Notes: generated by a model not told the origin, from the letters alone. A stretch of 64,000 bases of DNA from Gammaproteobacteria bacterium (GCA_963662545.2 CAXXLL010000003.1:2336001-2400000); one strand, 5' to 3'; shown: positions 1 through 10,095, counted from the stretch's first letter. A program made the numbers and translations.

Positions 1-659
1 TCAACCTTCGACCCTTCAAGAAACTACCCGGTTCTCGCCAGAGCCAGTTCGAGGCCATCGACCGACCCGCGCTGAAACCGCTACCGAGTACCCCCTATGA
101 ATACGCCGAGTGGAAGCAGGCACGCGTGCATATCGACTATCACATCGAGGTCGAGCGCCATTACTACTCCGTGCCGCATCATCTCGTGAAACGACAACTC
201 GATGTTCGTGTGACGGCATCCACCATCGAGTGCTTCCATCAGGGCCAACGCGTGGCCTGTCATCGCCGTGTCAATCAACCCGGGCGGCATACCACCATCA
301 CCGCGCATATGCCCGAGCAGCATCGGCACTTGGCCCAGTTCTCACCCGAGCGATTACAGCGTTGGGCCGCGAAGATAGGCCCCGAGACCGCCGCCCTCAT
401 CACCCAAGTCTTAGCTGAACGACCCCACCCGGAGCAGGGTTACCGTGCCTGCCTCGGGATCTTGCGGCTGGCCAAAAGCTACGGCGATAAACGACTGAAT
501 GCGGCCTGTGCCCGCGCGCTCATCCTCGGCACCCATCGTTACAAAAGTATCGAGTCCATCCTCAAAAAAGGACTCGACCAGCAACCCCTGAATCCACCGA
601 CGGAATCCACGCTGCCCGCCGACCACGGCAATCTCCGTGGACCCGGCTACTATCATTAA
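1..659 (+). CDS. istA: IS21 family transposase IstA, 5'-truncated by the window edge
   Basis: Frame open from base 3 (NLRPFKKLPGSR...EYAEWKQARVHIDYHIEV..HYYSVP) to the typical C-terminus HGNLRGPGYYH; istB follows directly. Confidence 0.92.
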   Translation, partial: NLRPFKKLPGSRQSQFEAIDRPALKPLPSTPYEYAEWKQARVHIDYHIEVERHYYSVPHHLVKRQLDVRVTASTIECFHQGQRVACHRRVNQPGRHTTITAHMPEQHRHLAQFSPERLQRWAAKIGPETAALITQVLAERPHPEQGYRACLGILRLAKSYGDKRLNAACARALILGTHRYKSIESILKKGLDQQPLNPPTESTLPADHGNLRGPGYYH

Positions 660-671
660 GGAGAAACATCG

Positions 672-1430
672 ATGCTGAATCATCCGACCCTCGACCAACT
701 GCAAAGCATGAAGCTCACCGGCATGGCCCAGGCCTTCGAAGAGCAGCTGCAACGCACCGACCTCAACGACTTATCCTTCGACGACCGGCTCGCCTTCCTC
801 GTCGAACGTGAGCACGCTGTACGCTCGAACCGGCAACTCACCTATCGACTCCGCCGCGCCCAGCTCAAGCTCAACGCCACCGTGGAGGACATCGATCATC
901 GCGCACCCCGCGGCCTCGATAAATCCACCCTCAATGAACTTGCCCGCTGCCGCTTCATCAACGACCATCTCAACGTCCTCATCACCGGACCCACCGGCGT
1001 CGGCAAAACCTATCTCGCCTGCGCCATTGCTCATAGCGCTTGTCGTAACGGCTTCTCGGCACGCTATCTCCGTGTCCCGCGATTGCTCACCAACATCACC
1101 CTCGCACGCGGCGACGGCACCTAGCACAAGCTCCTCGCGCAGCTTGCCAAGACTGACCTCGTCATCCTCGATGACTGGGGACTCGCGATACTCAATGCTG
1201 AACAACGGCGGGACCTGCTCGACATCCTCGACGACCGGCACGCGTTGCACTCGACCATCGTGACATCGCAATTACCCGTCAAACAATGGCACGAGGTCAT
1301 CGGCGATCCCACGCTCGCCGATGCCATCCTCGACCGGCTCGTGCACAACGCCTACACGATCAATTTAAAAGGAGAATCCATGCGGAAAAAACAAGCGAAC
1401 TTGACTCAGCCCGATCACTCGGCACAATAA
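672..1430 (+). pseudogene. istB: IS21 helper ATPase IstB with in-frame amber stop at 1122-1124
   Basis: Walker A GPTGVGKT; the frame continues past TAG as [19 protein letters not shown] (Walker B) and on to [15 protein letters not shown]; ORFs 672..1124 and 1245..1430 share one frame. Confidence 0.9.
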
Positions 1431-1910
1431 ACTACACCTGCGTCGCTACGCTCCGATGAGCGATCGGCATGACCGGAACAGGTGATCGGCATCAAATGGA
1501 ATCAGTGATCGGCTTCGCCGGAATACGCAGCTAGGGCCCAGTACAGTTCATGTTTGATACCTGAGTTCAGGGCGTTAAAGGACGTTCAGTCCATGTACGA
1601 CCTCATCTCGGCATGGAAATTTGAACACGAATGCGCGTTTAAGCGGGCGCTCTTCCACCCGCCTGTGGGATCCGACGCACGCGCACCGCGACTTGATGGT
1701 GAAGGAAGCGTTGCGAGCAGAGACACCAGGTGACTCTTAATTCCCAGGCCCTTCGGAATGCGTTTTCAAAGCCGGGCCGTCGCTGGCCGGTTCAAGGAAG
1801 TTTGGTTGGCTGCAATGATTGGAAATACTTATCGACGCCTACCTGGCGGGGGTGTTGTCGTCACGCACGGCCGCCAGGAAGCGGACGGATAGGACCGCGG
1901 CAACGATCAG

Positions 1911-1987
1911 ATTGGGGGCTAATCGGGGGGCCGGATATTATTTAAATGAATGAACTATCTATTAATCAATATGTTAACTTTTAAGTT
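1911..1987. other. Putative integrative-element att junction (arm-type repeats and IHF site) next to the tRNA-Ser 3' end
   Basis: TGGGGGC/GGGGGGC direct repeat 1913-1931; AATCAATATGTTA at 1964-1976 matches IHF consensus WATCAANNNNTTR; AT-rich. Confidence 0.55.
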
Positions 1988-2078
1988 TGGCGGAGAGGGA
2001 GGGATTCGAACCCCCGGAACGCGCTAAGCGTTCAACTGATTTCGAGTCAGCCCCATTCGACCACTCTGGCACCTCTCC
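1988..2078 (-). tRNA. tRNA-Ser(CGA)
   Basis: GGAGAGG/CCTCTCC acceptor stem, GCTGA-CTCGAAA-TCAGT anticodon arm, long variable arm, GGTTCGAATCC, encoded CCA. Confidence 0.96.
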
Positions 2079-2606
2079 TGAAACTTTGTACCTTGTCATA
2101 ACAGCGTCGCTACGCAACGCCGTTCAACTGATTGGATTCGCAAACGAAGGATCGTTTGCTCACCCCTGCGGGGCGCCTGCGCTTCGCTGCGGCGTCCAAC
2201 TTCGCGTTTCGAAGTTGTCGAGTCAGCCCCATTCGACCACTCTGGCACCTCTCCTGAAATTTTAGGTGCTAATAAACCAGCGCTGCTCCGCAACGCCGTT
2301 CAACTGATTGGATTCGCAAACGAAGGATCGTTTGCTCACCCCTGCGGGGCGCCTGCGCTCCGCTGCGGCGTCCAACTTCGCGTTTCGAAGTTGTCGAGTC
2401 AGCCCCATTCGACCACTCTGGCACCTCTCCTGAAATTTTATGTGCTAATAAACCAGCGCCGCTACGCAACGCCGTTCAACTGATTCGATTCGCAAACGAA
2501 GGATCGTTTGCTCACCCCTGCGGGGCGCCTGCGCTCCGCTGCGGCGTCCAACTTCGCGTTTCGAAGTTGTCGAGTCAGCCCCATTCGACCACTCTGGCAC
2601 CTCTCC
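2079..2606 (-). repeat. Tandem array of three 176-bp units, each a 5' half of tRNA-Ser with an 84-bp insertion in the anticodon loop
   Basis: tRNA 5' ends recur at 2078, 2254, 2430, 2606 (period 176); units near-identical. Confidence 0.95.
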
Positions 2607-2699
2607 TGAAAACCTTGTGCATTTCTTAAGGTTCTCTTCCCCCGCATTCTGCGAAATGCATGTGGCGTCCCCTTATTGGGACGAGCTGTTGCGCTTTAA

Positions 2700-2713
2700 G
2701 GGCGCGCAGTATA
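2700..2713 (-). promoter_or_regulatory. Probable stable-RNA promoter (-10 and discriminator) for the tRNA-Ser locus
   Basis: TATACT followed by GC-rich GCGCGCCC on the minus strand; no good -35 seen. Confidence 0.45.
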
Positions 2714-2952
2714 TCGCATGACACCGTCGTGACTTGGCCACCGTCGCTGTAGCGCTCACGCCAGTTCCTTCAGCACCCATTTTAAGAACATAACCGCCAG
2801 TGATTTCGGCCAGCTGTCGACGAATTCGATCTCCCGAATCTTCTTATAGGGCGCGACTCATTCGGCTTAGGACGCTCCAGTATATTATGCGGCTGATCCG
2901 TTGGTGTGATTCGACCATAGCCTAATATCGCCTGGAGCCAACTTTCAACTGC

Positions 2953-4479
2953 ATGAAACCGGCGGCGCGCGGCCTTGTCACACTATCGTTTGGAACCATT
3001 CTTGTGAATTTTCATCCTTCTATGCCTATGAGCTATCACTCATTCTCTCTCCCGGGTCAATCACGCCTGATACGGGCCACCATTGCGTTGCTGGTATGTC
3101 AGATATTGGGATCCTGCACGGCTCCGCCATCGACGGTGGAAGCGGTTCGCGCGGTGGGTGAACTACGGATTGCCACGCTCAATACGGGAACGATTTATTT
3201 CGAAGGTCCCGACGGCTACAGCGGATTCGAACACGACTTGACACGGGCATTCGCCGAATACCTCGGCGTGGAGGCGCGCTATGTGGTCGCGAGCAGCCAC
3301 AGTGAGCTGTCCGAACTCGTCCGGCACAACAAGGCGCACCTGGCCGCCGCTTTGATGCCGATTGGCAATGACCAGGTGAAAGGCCTGTCGTTCGGGCCGT
3401 CCTACGCGACCTTGCGACAAACCGTGATCTACCGCCGCAGCGATCGCCGGCCCGAAAGTATCGAAGACCTGCGCGGGAAATCCATTGCGGCACCCGGCGG
3501 ACGTGGCGCGCGCGCAGTGCTCGAACAGGAGCTTCCTGCCAGCGCGGGCGTTCAATGGACGATACGCGACGACCTTTCGATCGACGACCTGCTGGACCTC
3601 GTCGATCGGAACGAGATCGACTTCGCCGTCGTACCGGCCGGTGAATTCGCAGCCGCGCGTCTCTATTACCCGGAAACGCGTGAGGCCTTCGCCATCGGCG
3701 CACCGCAGGCCGTGGGTTGGCTTTATCATCGCGGTCCCGAAAATAGCCTGTGGACGGCGCAACTCGAATTCCTGAACGCCGTGCGCGGCAATGGAGAGCT
3801 CAAGATCCTGCGCGATCGGTACTTCGGACACATTGAGAAATTTGACTATGCTGAAGCGCGGGCGTTTCTGCGGCACTACGACGAAAGGCTGCCCAAATAT
3901 CGCCGCGCTTTCATCGATACCGGGGCGGAATACGCTGTCGACTGGCTGCTGCTGGCCGCTATGAGCTATCAGGAATCGCACTGGCGCGCAGATGCGAAAT
4001 CGCCGACCGGCGTGCGCGGCCTGATGATGTTGACCAAGCGTACGGCGCGCGCCTTGTCCGTCGACCGCCTCGATCCGATTGAAAGCATCCGCGGCGGCAC
4101 CGAATACCTTGCCGATCTCCGCTCCCGTCTACCCGGACGCATCGCCGAGCCCGATAAATCCTGGTTTGCGCTGGCCGCCTACAACGTCGGGCTCGGACAT
4201 CTGGAAGACGCCCGCGTGTTCACTGAGCAGGCGGGTCTGAATCCGGATCGATGGGCCGAGGTCCGTCAGTACCTGCCGAAACTGTCGAACAAGTCCTGGG
4301 CAAACAAAGCGCGGCACGGTTACGCACGCGGATACCAAGCGGTGCATTTTGTGCAAAACATCCGCCGCTACCACGACGTGCTGCGTTGGCTGGAGAGCGC
4401 GCCCGACGATGAGCCCGAAGCGGCCAGGCCCCCGTCTACCCTGTTCGCACCGATGTTACCCCGCGGGCCGGGAGTCTGA
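2953..4479 (+). CDS. mltF: Membrane-bound lytic murein transglycosylase F
   Basis: N-terminal SBP_bac_3-like domain plus SLT motifs LAAMSYQESHW, GVRGLMML, ALAAYNVG; true start may be slightly downstream. Confidence 0.92.
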   Translation: MKPAARGLVTLSFGTILVNFHPSMPMSYHSFSLPGQSRLIRATIALLVCQILGSCTAPPSTVEAVRAVGELRIATLNTGTIYFEGPDGYSGFEHDLTRAFAEYLGVEARYVVASSHSELSELVRHNKAHLAAALMPIGNDQVKGLSFGPSYATLRQTVIYRRSDRRPESIEDLRGKSIAAPGGRGARAVLEQELPASAGVQWTIRDDLSIDDLLDLVDRNEIDFAVVPAGEFAAARLYYPETREAFAIGAPQAVGWLYHRGPENSLWTAQLEFLNAVRGNGELKILRDRYFGHIEKFDYAEARAFLRHYDERLPKYRRAFIDTGAEYAVDWLLLAAMSYQESHWRADAKSPTGVRGLMMLTKRTARALSVDRLDPIESIRGGTEYLADLRSRLPGRIAEPDKSWFALAAYNVGLGHLEDARVFTEQAGLNPDRWAEVRQYLPKLSNKSWANKARHGYARGYQAVHFVQNIRRYHDVLRWLESAPDDEPEAARPPSTLFAPMLPRGPGV

Positions 4480-5700
4480 ATCCCGCGCCCGCGCAAGCGT
4501 GGTGGGATCGAGTTTTCTTTCGAGTTTTTCGAGCGCCTTCTGAGCACTGTCGTATCCTTCCGCAGCCGCGCGCCGGAACCACCGATACGCCTGAACGGGG
4601 TCTTTGTTCGCGCCCTTCCCCTTGAGATGACACACACCGACGCTGTAGGCCGCAGGTAGATGACCGTCGTCGGCTGCGCGTTTGAACCAGCGATACGCGG
4701 TGCGTTGGGATTCGGGCTCGGCCATGACAATGAAGCGGCGGGCGAGCCGGTACTGTGCATCGGCATGCCCCGCGCTTGCTGCGGCCTCGAGCCAGCGCCG
4801 TGCCGCCGGTTCGTCCGCGGCAATCTCGTCGCCTTTCGACAAGAGCTTGCTCAATTGGTACTGCGCTTTGGTATAGCCGGCGTGGGCTGATTTCTCGAGC
4901 CAGGCGAGCGCTTGCGCCGTGTCTTTCTCGACGCCGAGTCCGCGCCGATAAAGCGATGCCAGCGTGAACTGGGCCTTGGCCAGACCCTGCTCCGCCGCCG
5001 CCTCGATCCATTGCGCTGCCTCGACGTCATCTTGCTCCGCGGCATCGCCCCCGGCGAGCAGCAGTCCAAGGTTGTACTGCGCCTTGGCATAACCGCGCTC
5101 GGCAGCGCACCGGTACCAGTGCAGCGCGGCCGTCGGATCCCGATCGACACCGCGTCCTTCCGCCAAAGCGCGTCCGAGGTTGAGCTGCGCCCGCGCATAG
5201 CCCTGCTCCGCGGCAAGTTCGAACAAAGCGACCGCCGCCGCCTCATCCGTTTCCACGCCCTTACCGTGCCGCAGGCACATCGCAAGGTTGTAACGGCCTG
5301 CAGCGCTGCCGCCCGCCGCGGCGCGGCGATACCATCCGAGCGCGCGAGCCATGTCGACGGTGACCTCCAAGCCCCGCTGGTAACACCAGCCGAGCAAGGC
5401 CTCGGAATCGGGATGTCCGATCTCGGCCACCCGGATCAGCGCTGCAAAAGCGGCGCTCGCGTCGCCGCCTTCCACACCGCCGGCAAGATAGACGGTGACA
5501 GCGCGAAAAGCCGCCTGCGGGTGCCCCGCCTCGGCCGCCTGCAAATACCAGCCGAAGGCGACGCCGGCATCGCGCGTGACCGACCAGCCCTTGGCGAAGC
5601 ATTCGCCCAGTTGATAGCTGGCCTGAACGTCTCCGCCCCCGGCCGCCTCCTGCAGTCGCGCGATCGCTTTGTCGTCTATGTGTTTGGGTGCCGGCATCAC
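4456..5700 (-). CDS. Sel1-like repeat protein
   Basis: About ten AAEQG.A.AQYNLG...G.GV..D repeats. Confidence 0.9.
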   Translation of the reverse strand: MMPAPKHIDDKAIARLQEAAGGGDVQASYQLGECFAKGWSVTRDAGVAFGWYLQAAEAGHPQAAFRAVTVYLAGGVEGGDASAAFAALIRVAEIGHPDSEALLGWCYQRGLEVTVDMARALGWYRRAAAGGSAAGRYNLAMCLRHGKGVETDEAAAVALFELAAEQGYARAQLNLGRALAEGRGVDRDPTAALHWYRCAAERGYAKAQYNLGLLLAGGDAAEQDDVEAAQWIEAAAEQGLAKAQFTLASLYRRGLGVEKDTAQALAWLEKSAHAGYTKAQYQLSKLLSKGDEIAADEPAARRWLEAAASAGHADAQYRLARRFIVMAEPESQRTAYRWFKRAADDGHLPAAYSVGVCHLKGKGANKDPVQAYRWFRRAAAEGYDSAQKALEKLERKLDPTTLARARDSDSRPAG

Positions 5701-5847
5701 ATCGGTCGAACGTTCACGAATCCCCTGAACGGGTCACCTGCCCGACCATCAATCGGGTCGAGTCTTTCATCGACCCAATTATGCGGCAATGAAAGACCTG
5801 ACCCCAACAATGCTCAAGGCGGTCGGCGGTGGGCCGATAGACCCCTT

Positions 5848-6735
5848 ATGACCACGAGCGCAAATGCCCGGGCACCGGAACGATCGCCCGCCGCGAGACT
5901 CGTCGACGGCATGGTCGACCTCGTACCGCTACCGCAAGCATACGTACGCCTCCGCGAACTCGTCGATGATCCCAATACCCGCCTCAGCGAATTCGGCGAG
6001 ATCGTCGCGAGCGATCCGGCATTGACGGGCCGCCTCCTGCGTCTCGCCAACAGCGCCTATATGGGGCTTGTTACGCCGGTCGAGTCGATCGAGCATGCTG
6101 TGCGCGTGATTGGCATGACCCAACTCCACGATATCGCGCTCGCGACCTCCGCCATCGGATCGCTGTCCAAGCTCCGGGCGGATCTGTTCGACATCTACGA
6201 TTTCTGGCGTCTGGGCATTTATTGTGCGGTGTGCTCGCGACTGCTCGCCGTGCACTGCGGGCTACCCTCGCCCCAGCGTTCGTTCGTCTCCGGGCTCATG
6301 CACAATATCGGCACGTTGATCTTTGCGCACGAAATGCCCGAAGCCTTCGCTGAATGTCGCGTCCGGGCGACGGCGATAGAGCGGCCCTATTATGAATTAC
6401 AGCTGGAGATGTTCGGCTTCGATTATGCGGAAGTCGGCGCGGAGCTCATGGGGCATTGGAATTTGCCGGGCGCCTTGATCGAGCCGGTAAAGCTCCATAC
6501 TTCGGCCATCGCGAACCTCGACCCCGACCTGCGGCCGGGCGCGGCCGTGCTGCAGATTGCAGCGACCACCGCCCGCGCAGCCCTGTGGGAGTCCAGGGAG
6601 AGCGAACCGGTACCGAATTACGACGCCGAAGCCATCGCGTTTACGCAGATGGACGCGGAGCATATCGAAAAAATGATGACCGAGGCCGATGAGGAGGTCA
6701 TCGAATCCGTCGCGATATTGATGCAGCAGCCGTGA
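5848..6735 (+). CDS. HDOD domain protein
   Basis: LPQAY, DPALTGRLLRLANSAY, GLMHNIG, EVGAELMGHWNLP; ATG 5848 preferred over the long ORF overlapping Sel1. Confidence 0.88.
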   Translation: MTTSANARAPERSPAARLVDGMVDLVPLPQAYVRLRELVDDPNTRLSEFGEIVASDPALTGRLLRLANSAYMGLVTPVESIEHAVRVIGMTQLHDIALATSAIGSLSKLRADLFDIYDFWRLGIYCAVCSRLLAVHCGLPSPQRSFVSGLMHNIGTLIFAHEMPEAFAECRVRATAIERPYYELQLEMFGFDYAEVGAELMGHWNLPGALIEPVKLHTSAIANLDPDLRPGAAVLQIAATTARAALWESRESEPVPNYDAEAIAFTQMDAEHIEKMMTEADEEVIESVAILMQQP

Positions 6736-6795
6736 AGGCGCGCCGTTAACCCGACTATGTCACCAGCGTTCGTCGCGAGGCGGCTCAAGGGCGCG

Positions 6796-8598
6796 TCAGT
6801 CCGGCTCGACCTTGAGGCTGGCGTAGCTGCCGGGCGCTGGCTCGATCACATCTAACCCGCCGTCCCCCGGCACCCGGGCGGGCACCTGATCACCGCCGTG
6901 CCCCGCGATCCACTCAGCCCATCGGCCCCACCATGTTTCTTCGTGGAATTCGGCTTGTTCCAGCCATTCTTCCGCGCTCAACCCCTTGATGTCGGGTCCG
7001 GTGTAATGGCCGTATTGACGTGCTCCCGGCGGATTGATGATGCCGGCGATGTGGCCGGCCTTGCTGAGGATGAATTCCATATCGCCGCTGAAGAGTCGCG
7101 CGCCCGCATAAGTCGATTTCCATGGGGCGATGTGATCCTCGGTCGCCGAGACAAAACAACTCGGCACGTCGACGTCGTGCAAATTGATCGGCGTACCGTC
7201 GATTTTCATTCCACCCGGTTTGCAGAAGACGTTTTCAAGATACATCTTGCGCAGGTAGGTGCTGTGCATACGCGCTGGCATGCGCGTTGAATCCGCGTTC
7301 CAATACAGCAGGTCGAATGCCATCGGCTGCTTGCCGAGCAGGTAATTATTGACGACGAACGACCAGATCAAGTCGTTCGCGCGTAGCATGTTGAAGGTCG
7401 ACGCCATCTCCGCGCCGTCGAGATAGCCTCGTTCGTTCATCATGCTCTCGACGTTCTCGAGTTGTTCCTCGTCAATGAACACGCCGAGGTCGCCGGGTTC
7501 AGTGAAATCCAGCATTGAGCAGAAATAGGTGGCTGCGTGAATGCGGTCATCGCCCTTTGCTTTCATATACGCGAGCATACCGCCAAGCAGGGTGCCGCCC
7601 AGGCAGTAACCTATGGCATTGACCGATTTCTCGCCGACCGCCTGCTCGATCGCGTCGAGCGCCGCCAACGGACCTTCACCTACGTAGTCGTCGAAATCCT
7701 TTTCGGCCAGGCGCTCGTCGGGGTTGACCCATGAAACGACGAACACCGTGAGCCCCTGTTCGAGCGCCCACTTAATAAAGGAATTCTTCTGGCCCAGGTC
7801 GAGCACGTAATACTTGTTGATCCAGGGCGGTACGATCAATAAAGGACGCCGATAGACGGTATCCGTCGTCGGTTCGTATTGGATGAGTTGTATTAATTCG
7901 TTTTGAAAGACGATTTTGCCCGGCGTGATCGCGAGGTTCTCGCCCAGTTTGAAAGCGTTCGAATCTACCATCTTGGTGCACAGACGGCCGGTTGCGGGGT
8001 CGATGTCGGCCAGGAAATTCTTGAGGCCGTCGACGAGGTTGCGCCCGCCCGATTCGACCGTTGCGTGCAGCACCTCCGGGTTGGTCAGCACGAAATTGGT
8101 CGGCGCCATCGCGTCGATGTACTGGTTGGTGTAGAACTCGATCTTTTTCTTCGTCTTGTCGTCGAGGCCCTCGGCTCCGGCCACGACCGACTGCATGACC
8201 CTGGCCGTCGCGAGGTAGGTTTGTTTGACGTAATCGAAGAAGGGATTCTTATCCCAGTCCTCGGCTTTGAACCGTCGGTCGTTGCGCCCGGCCTCGACCA
8301 CGGGTTCCGCCTCAGCGCCGAGCAGGCGTTGCGCGGTGGACTGCCAAATCTGCATGTAGGTATGCCAGGCATTGAACTGCGCTTCGAGCAGGGCTGCGGG
8401 ATCGCGCGCCAAATCTTTGGTAAACGAGGCGAATGCCTGCAGGATGCCGAGCGGATCCATCGCTTTCAGATCGTGGGAGGAATGCGAATCAAAAAATTTC
8501 TGCATCAAGACCTGCGATTGGGCGCTGACGTTGGCGAGGGCCTCGGTGACCTCCTGCGGACTGGGCAGCGGTCCGGGGTACGGCATCTTATCGGTCAT
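6796..8598 (-). CDS. phaC: Class I poly(3-hydroxyalkanoate) synthase
   Basis: PPWINKYYVLDL, lipase box GYCLGG, DLLYWNAD, DHIAPW, GHIAGIINPP. Confidence 0.96.
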   Translation of the reverse strand: MTDKMPYPGPLPSPQEVTEALANVSAQSQVLMQKFFDSHSSHDLKAMDPLGILQAFASFTKDLARDPAALLEAQFNAWHTYMQIWQSTAQRLLGAEAEPVVEAGRNDRRFKAEDWDKNPFFDYVKQTYLATARVMQSVVAGAEGLDDKTKKKIEFYTNQYIDAMAPTNFVLTNPEVLHATVESGGRNLVDGLKNFLADIDPATGRLCTKMVDSNAFKLGENLAITPGKIVFQNELIQLIQYEPTTDTVYRRPLLIVPPWINKYYVLDLGQKNSFIKWALEQGLTVFVVSWVNPDERLAEKDFDDYVGEGPLAALDAIEQAVGEKSVNAIGYCLGGTLLGGMLAYMKAKGDDRIHAATYFCSMLDFTEPGDLGVFIDEEQLENVESMMNERGYLDGAEMASTFNMLRANDLIWSFVVNNYLLGKQPMAFDLLYWNADSTRMPARMHSTYLRKMYLENVFCKPGGMKIDGTPINLHDVDVPSCFVSATEDHIAPWKSTYAGARLFSGDMEFILSKAGHIAGIINPPGARQYGHYTGPDIKGLSAEEWLEQAEFHEETWWGRWAEWIAGHGGDQVPARVPGDGGLDVIEPAPGSYASLKVEPD

Positions 8599-8631
8599 TT
8601 TTATTCAAGTAATTCACGGATATAGTTGAAA

Positions 8632-8674
8632 TGTTGCATTGCAGCAATCTAGCGCCGCAATGTCGGCTTGTCAA
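8632..8674 (-). promoter_or_regulatory. Sigma70 promoter of phaC with adjacent TGC-rich operator
   Basis: TTGACA (8674-8669), 17 bp, TAGATT (8651-8646); TGTTGCATTGCAGCA at 8632-8646. Confidence 0.65.
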
Positions 8675-8688
8675 GTTGCGGCGCCGCT

Positions 8689-10095
8689 TCATGATCGCCT
8701 TGGCAGGTAAAGATCGGTGATCGTGCCACTGTAGGCTTCGGCCGCCATCGCGACCGTCTCGGATAGGGTCGGATGGGGATGCACAGTCAGACCGATGTCT
8801 TCCGCGTCGCAGCCCATCTCGATCGCGAGCGCCACTTCGGCGATGAGATCGCCCGCATTGGGCCCGACGATGCCGGCGCCGACGACGCGGCCGTCGTCGG
8901 TATCGAAAAGGAGCTTGGTCAATCCGTCGTTACGACCGAGTGAGAGCGAGCGTCCGCTCGCGGCCCACGGGAAAACCCCCTTGCCGACTTCGATGCCCTG
9001 GGCTTGCGCCTCGGTTTCGGTGAGCCCGGCCCAGGCCACTTCCGGATCGGTATAGGCCACCGAGGGAATGACGCGTGCGTCGAATGCGACCTTGTGCCCG
9101 GCCGCCACTTCGGCCGCGACCTTACCTTCGTGCGTGGCCTTGTGCGCGAGCATGGGCTCACCGACGATATCGCCGATCGCAAAGATGTGCTGAACGTTCG
9201 TCCGCATGGTCTTGTCGACGAGAACAAAGCCGCGCTCGTCGAGCGCGATGCCTGCCTCTTCGGCGCCGATGCGATCGCCGTTCGGCCGACGGCCCACGGC
9301 GACGAGGATCTGGTCGTAAGACGTTTCCGCCGGCGCGCGCTCGCCCTCGAACGACGCCGTCAACGATGCACCGGTCACGGTCACGCCGGTGACGCGGGTA
9401 CCGGTGTGGACCGCTTCGAGCCGCTTGGCGAGCCGTCTTTCGAGTGGCTTGACGAGATCGCGGTCAGCGCCGAGCATGAGTTCATCCATCAATTCCACGA
9501 CGGTGACCTGCGATCCGAGCTCCATGAAAACCGTCGCCATTTCCAGGCCGATGATGCCGCCCCCGATAACGAGCAGACGCCCCGGTATGCCGGTGAGTTC
9601 GAGCGCGCCGGTTGAATCGATCACGCGTGGATCGTCGTAGGGGATCCCCGGCAGTCGCGCGGGCTCCGATCCCGCCGCGATGATCGCTTGCTTGAATTCG
9701 ATGGTGACCGTACCGCCACTGCTCTCGACTTCGACGCGATTGGGGGAGGTGAAACGGCCGGTGCCGCGTACCACTTCGACCGTGCGCTGCTTAGCGAGCC
9801 CTTCCAGCCCCTTGGTCAACTGGCCGACGATCTTGTCCTTCCAAGCACGCAGCAGATCGAGATCGATTTCGGGCTCGGCGAAGCGGATTCCCTTGGGTGC
9901 CATGTCGCGCGCGTCGCTGACCACCTTGGCCGCATGCAGCAGTGCTTTCGAGGGAATACAACCGACATTCAGGCACACACCGCCCAGCCTCGCAAAACGT
10001 TCGACCAGAATTACCTGTAATCCGAGGTCGGCTGCGCGAAACGCTGCGGTATAACCGCCCGGCCCGGATCCCAGGACCACCAGATCGGCGTTCAT
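8689..10095 (-). CDS. lpdA: Dihydrolipoamide dehydrogenase
   Basis: GSGPGGY, GGVCLNVGCIPSK, HPHPTLSE. Confidence 0.96.
   Translation of the reverse strand: MNADLVVLGSGPGGYTAAFRAADLGLQVILVERFARLGGVCLNVGCIPSKALLHAAKVVSDARDMAPKGIRFAEPEIDLDLLRAWKDKIVGQLTKGLEGLAKQRTVEVVRGTGRFTSPNRVEVESSGGTVTIEFKQAIIAAGSEPARLPGIPYDDPRVIDSTGALELTGIPGRLLVIGGGIIGLEMATVFMELGSQVTVVELMDELMLGADRDLVKPLERRLAKRLEAVHTGTRVTGVTVTGASLTASFEGERAPAETSYDQILVAVGRRPNGDRIGAEEAGIALDERGFVLVDKTMRTNVQHIFAIGDIVGEPMLAHKATHEGKVAAEVAAGHKVAFDARVIPSVAYTDPEVAWAGLTETEAQAQGIEVGKGVFPWAASGRSLSLGRNDGLTKLLFDTDDGRVVGAGIVGPNAGDLIAEVALAIEMGCDAEDIGLTVHPHPTLSETVAMAAEAYSGTITDLYLPRRS

Larger units (their letters stand above)
1..1529 (+). mobile_element. IS21 family insertion sequence (right part)
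   Basis: istA-istB, three subterminal GATCGGC..GGAA repeats at about 1462, 1484 and 1507, terminus ...CGGAATACGCA. Confidence 0.88.

Noticed and set aside
2134-2217. Group I intron in a tRNA anticodon loop
   Set aside because: 84 nt is far too short, no P/Q/R/S core is visible, and the host copies lack the T arm and 3' acceptor strand
2079-2606. CRISPR array
   Set aside because: Units are 176 bp and nearly identical throughout, derive from tRNA, have no unique spacers, and no cas genes are present
1987-2647. Short ORFs over the tRNA-Ser locus (1987..2265, 2096..2293, 2269..2469, 2462..2647)
   Set aside because: Translations of tRNA and repeat sequence
4912-5847. N-terminal half of the 607-aa ORF
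   Set aside because: Antisense shadow of the Sel1 gene; HDOD similarity starts near 5848
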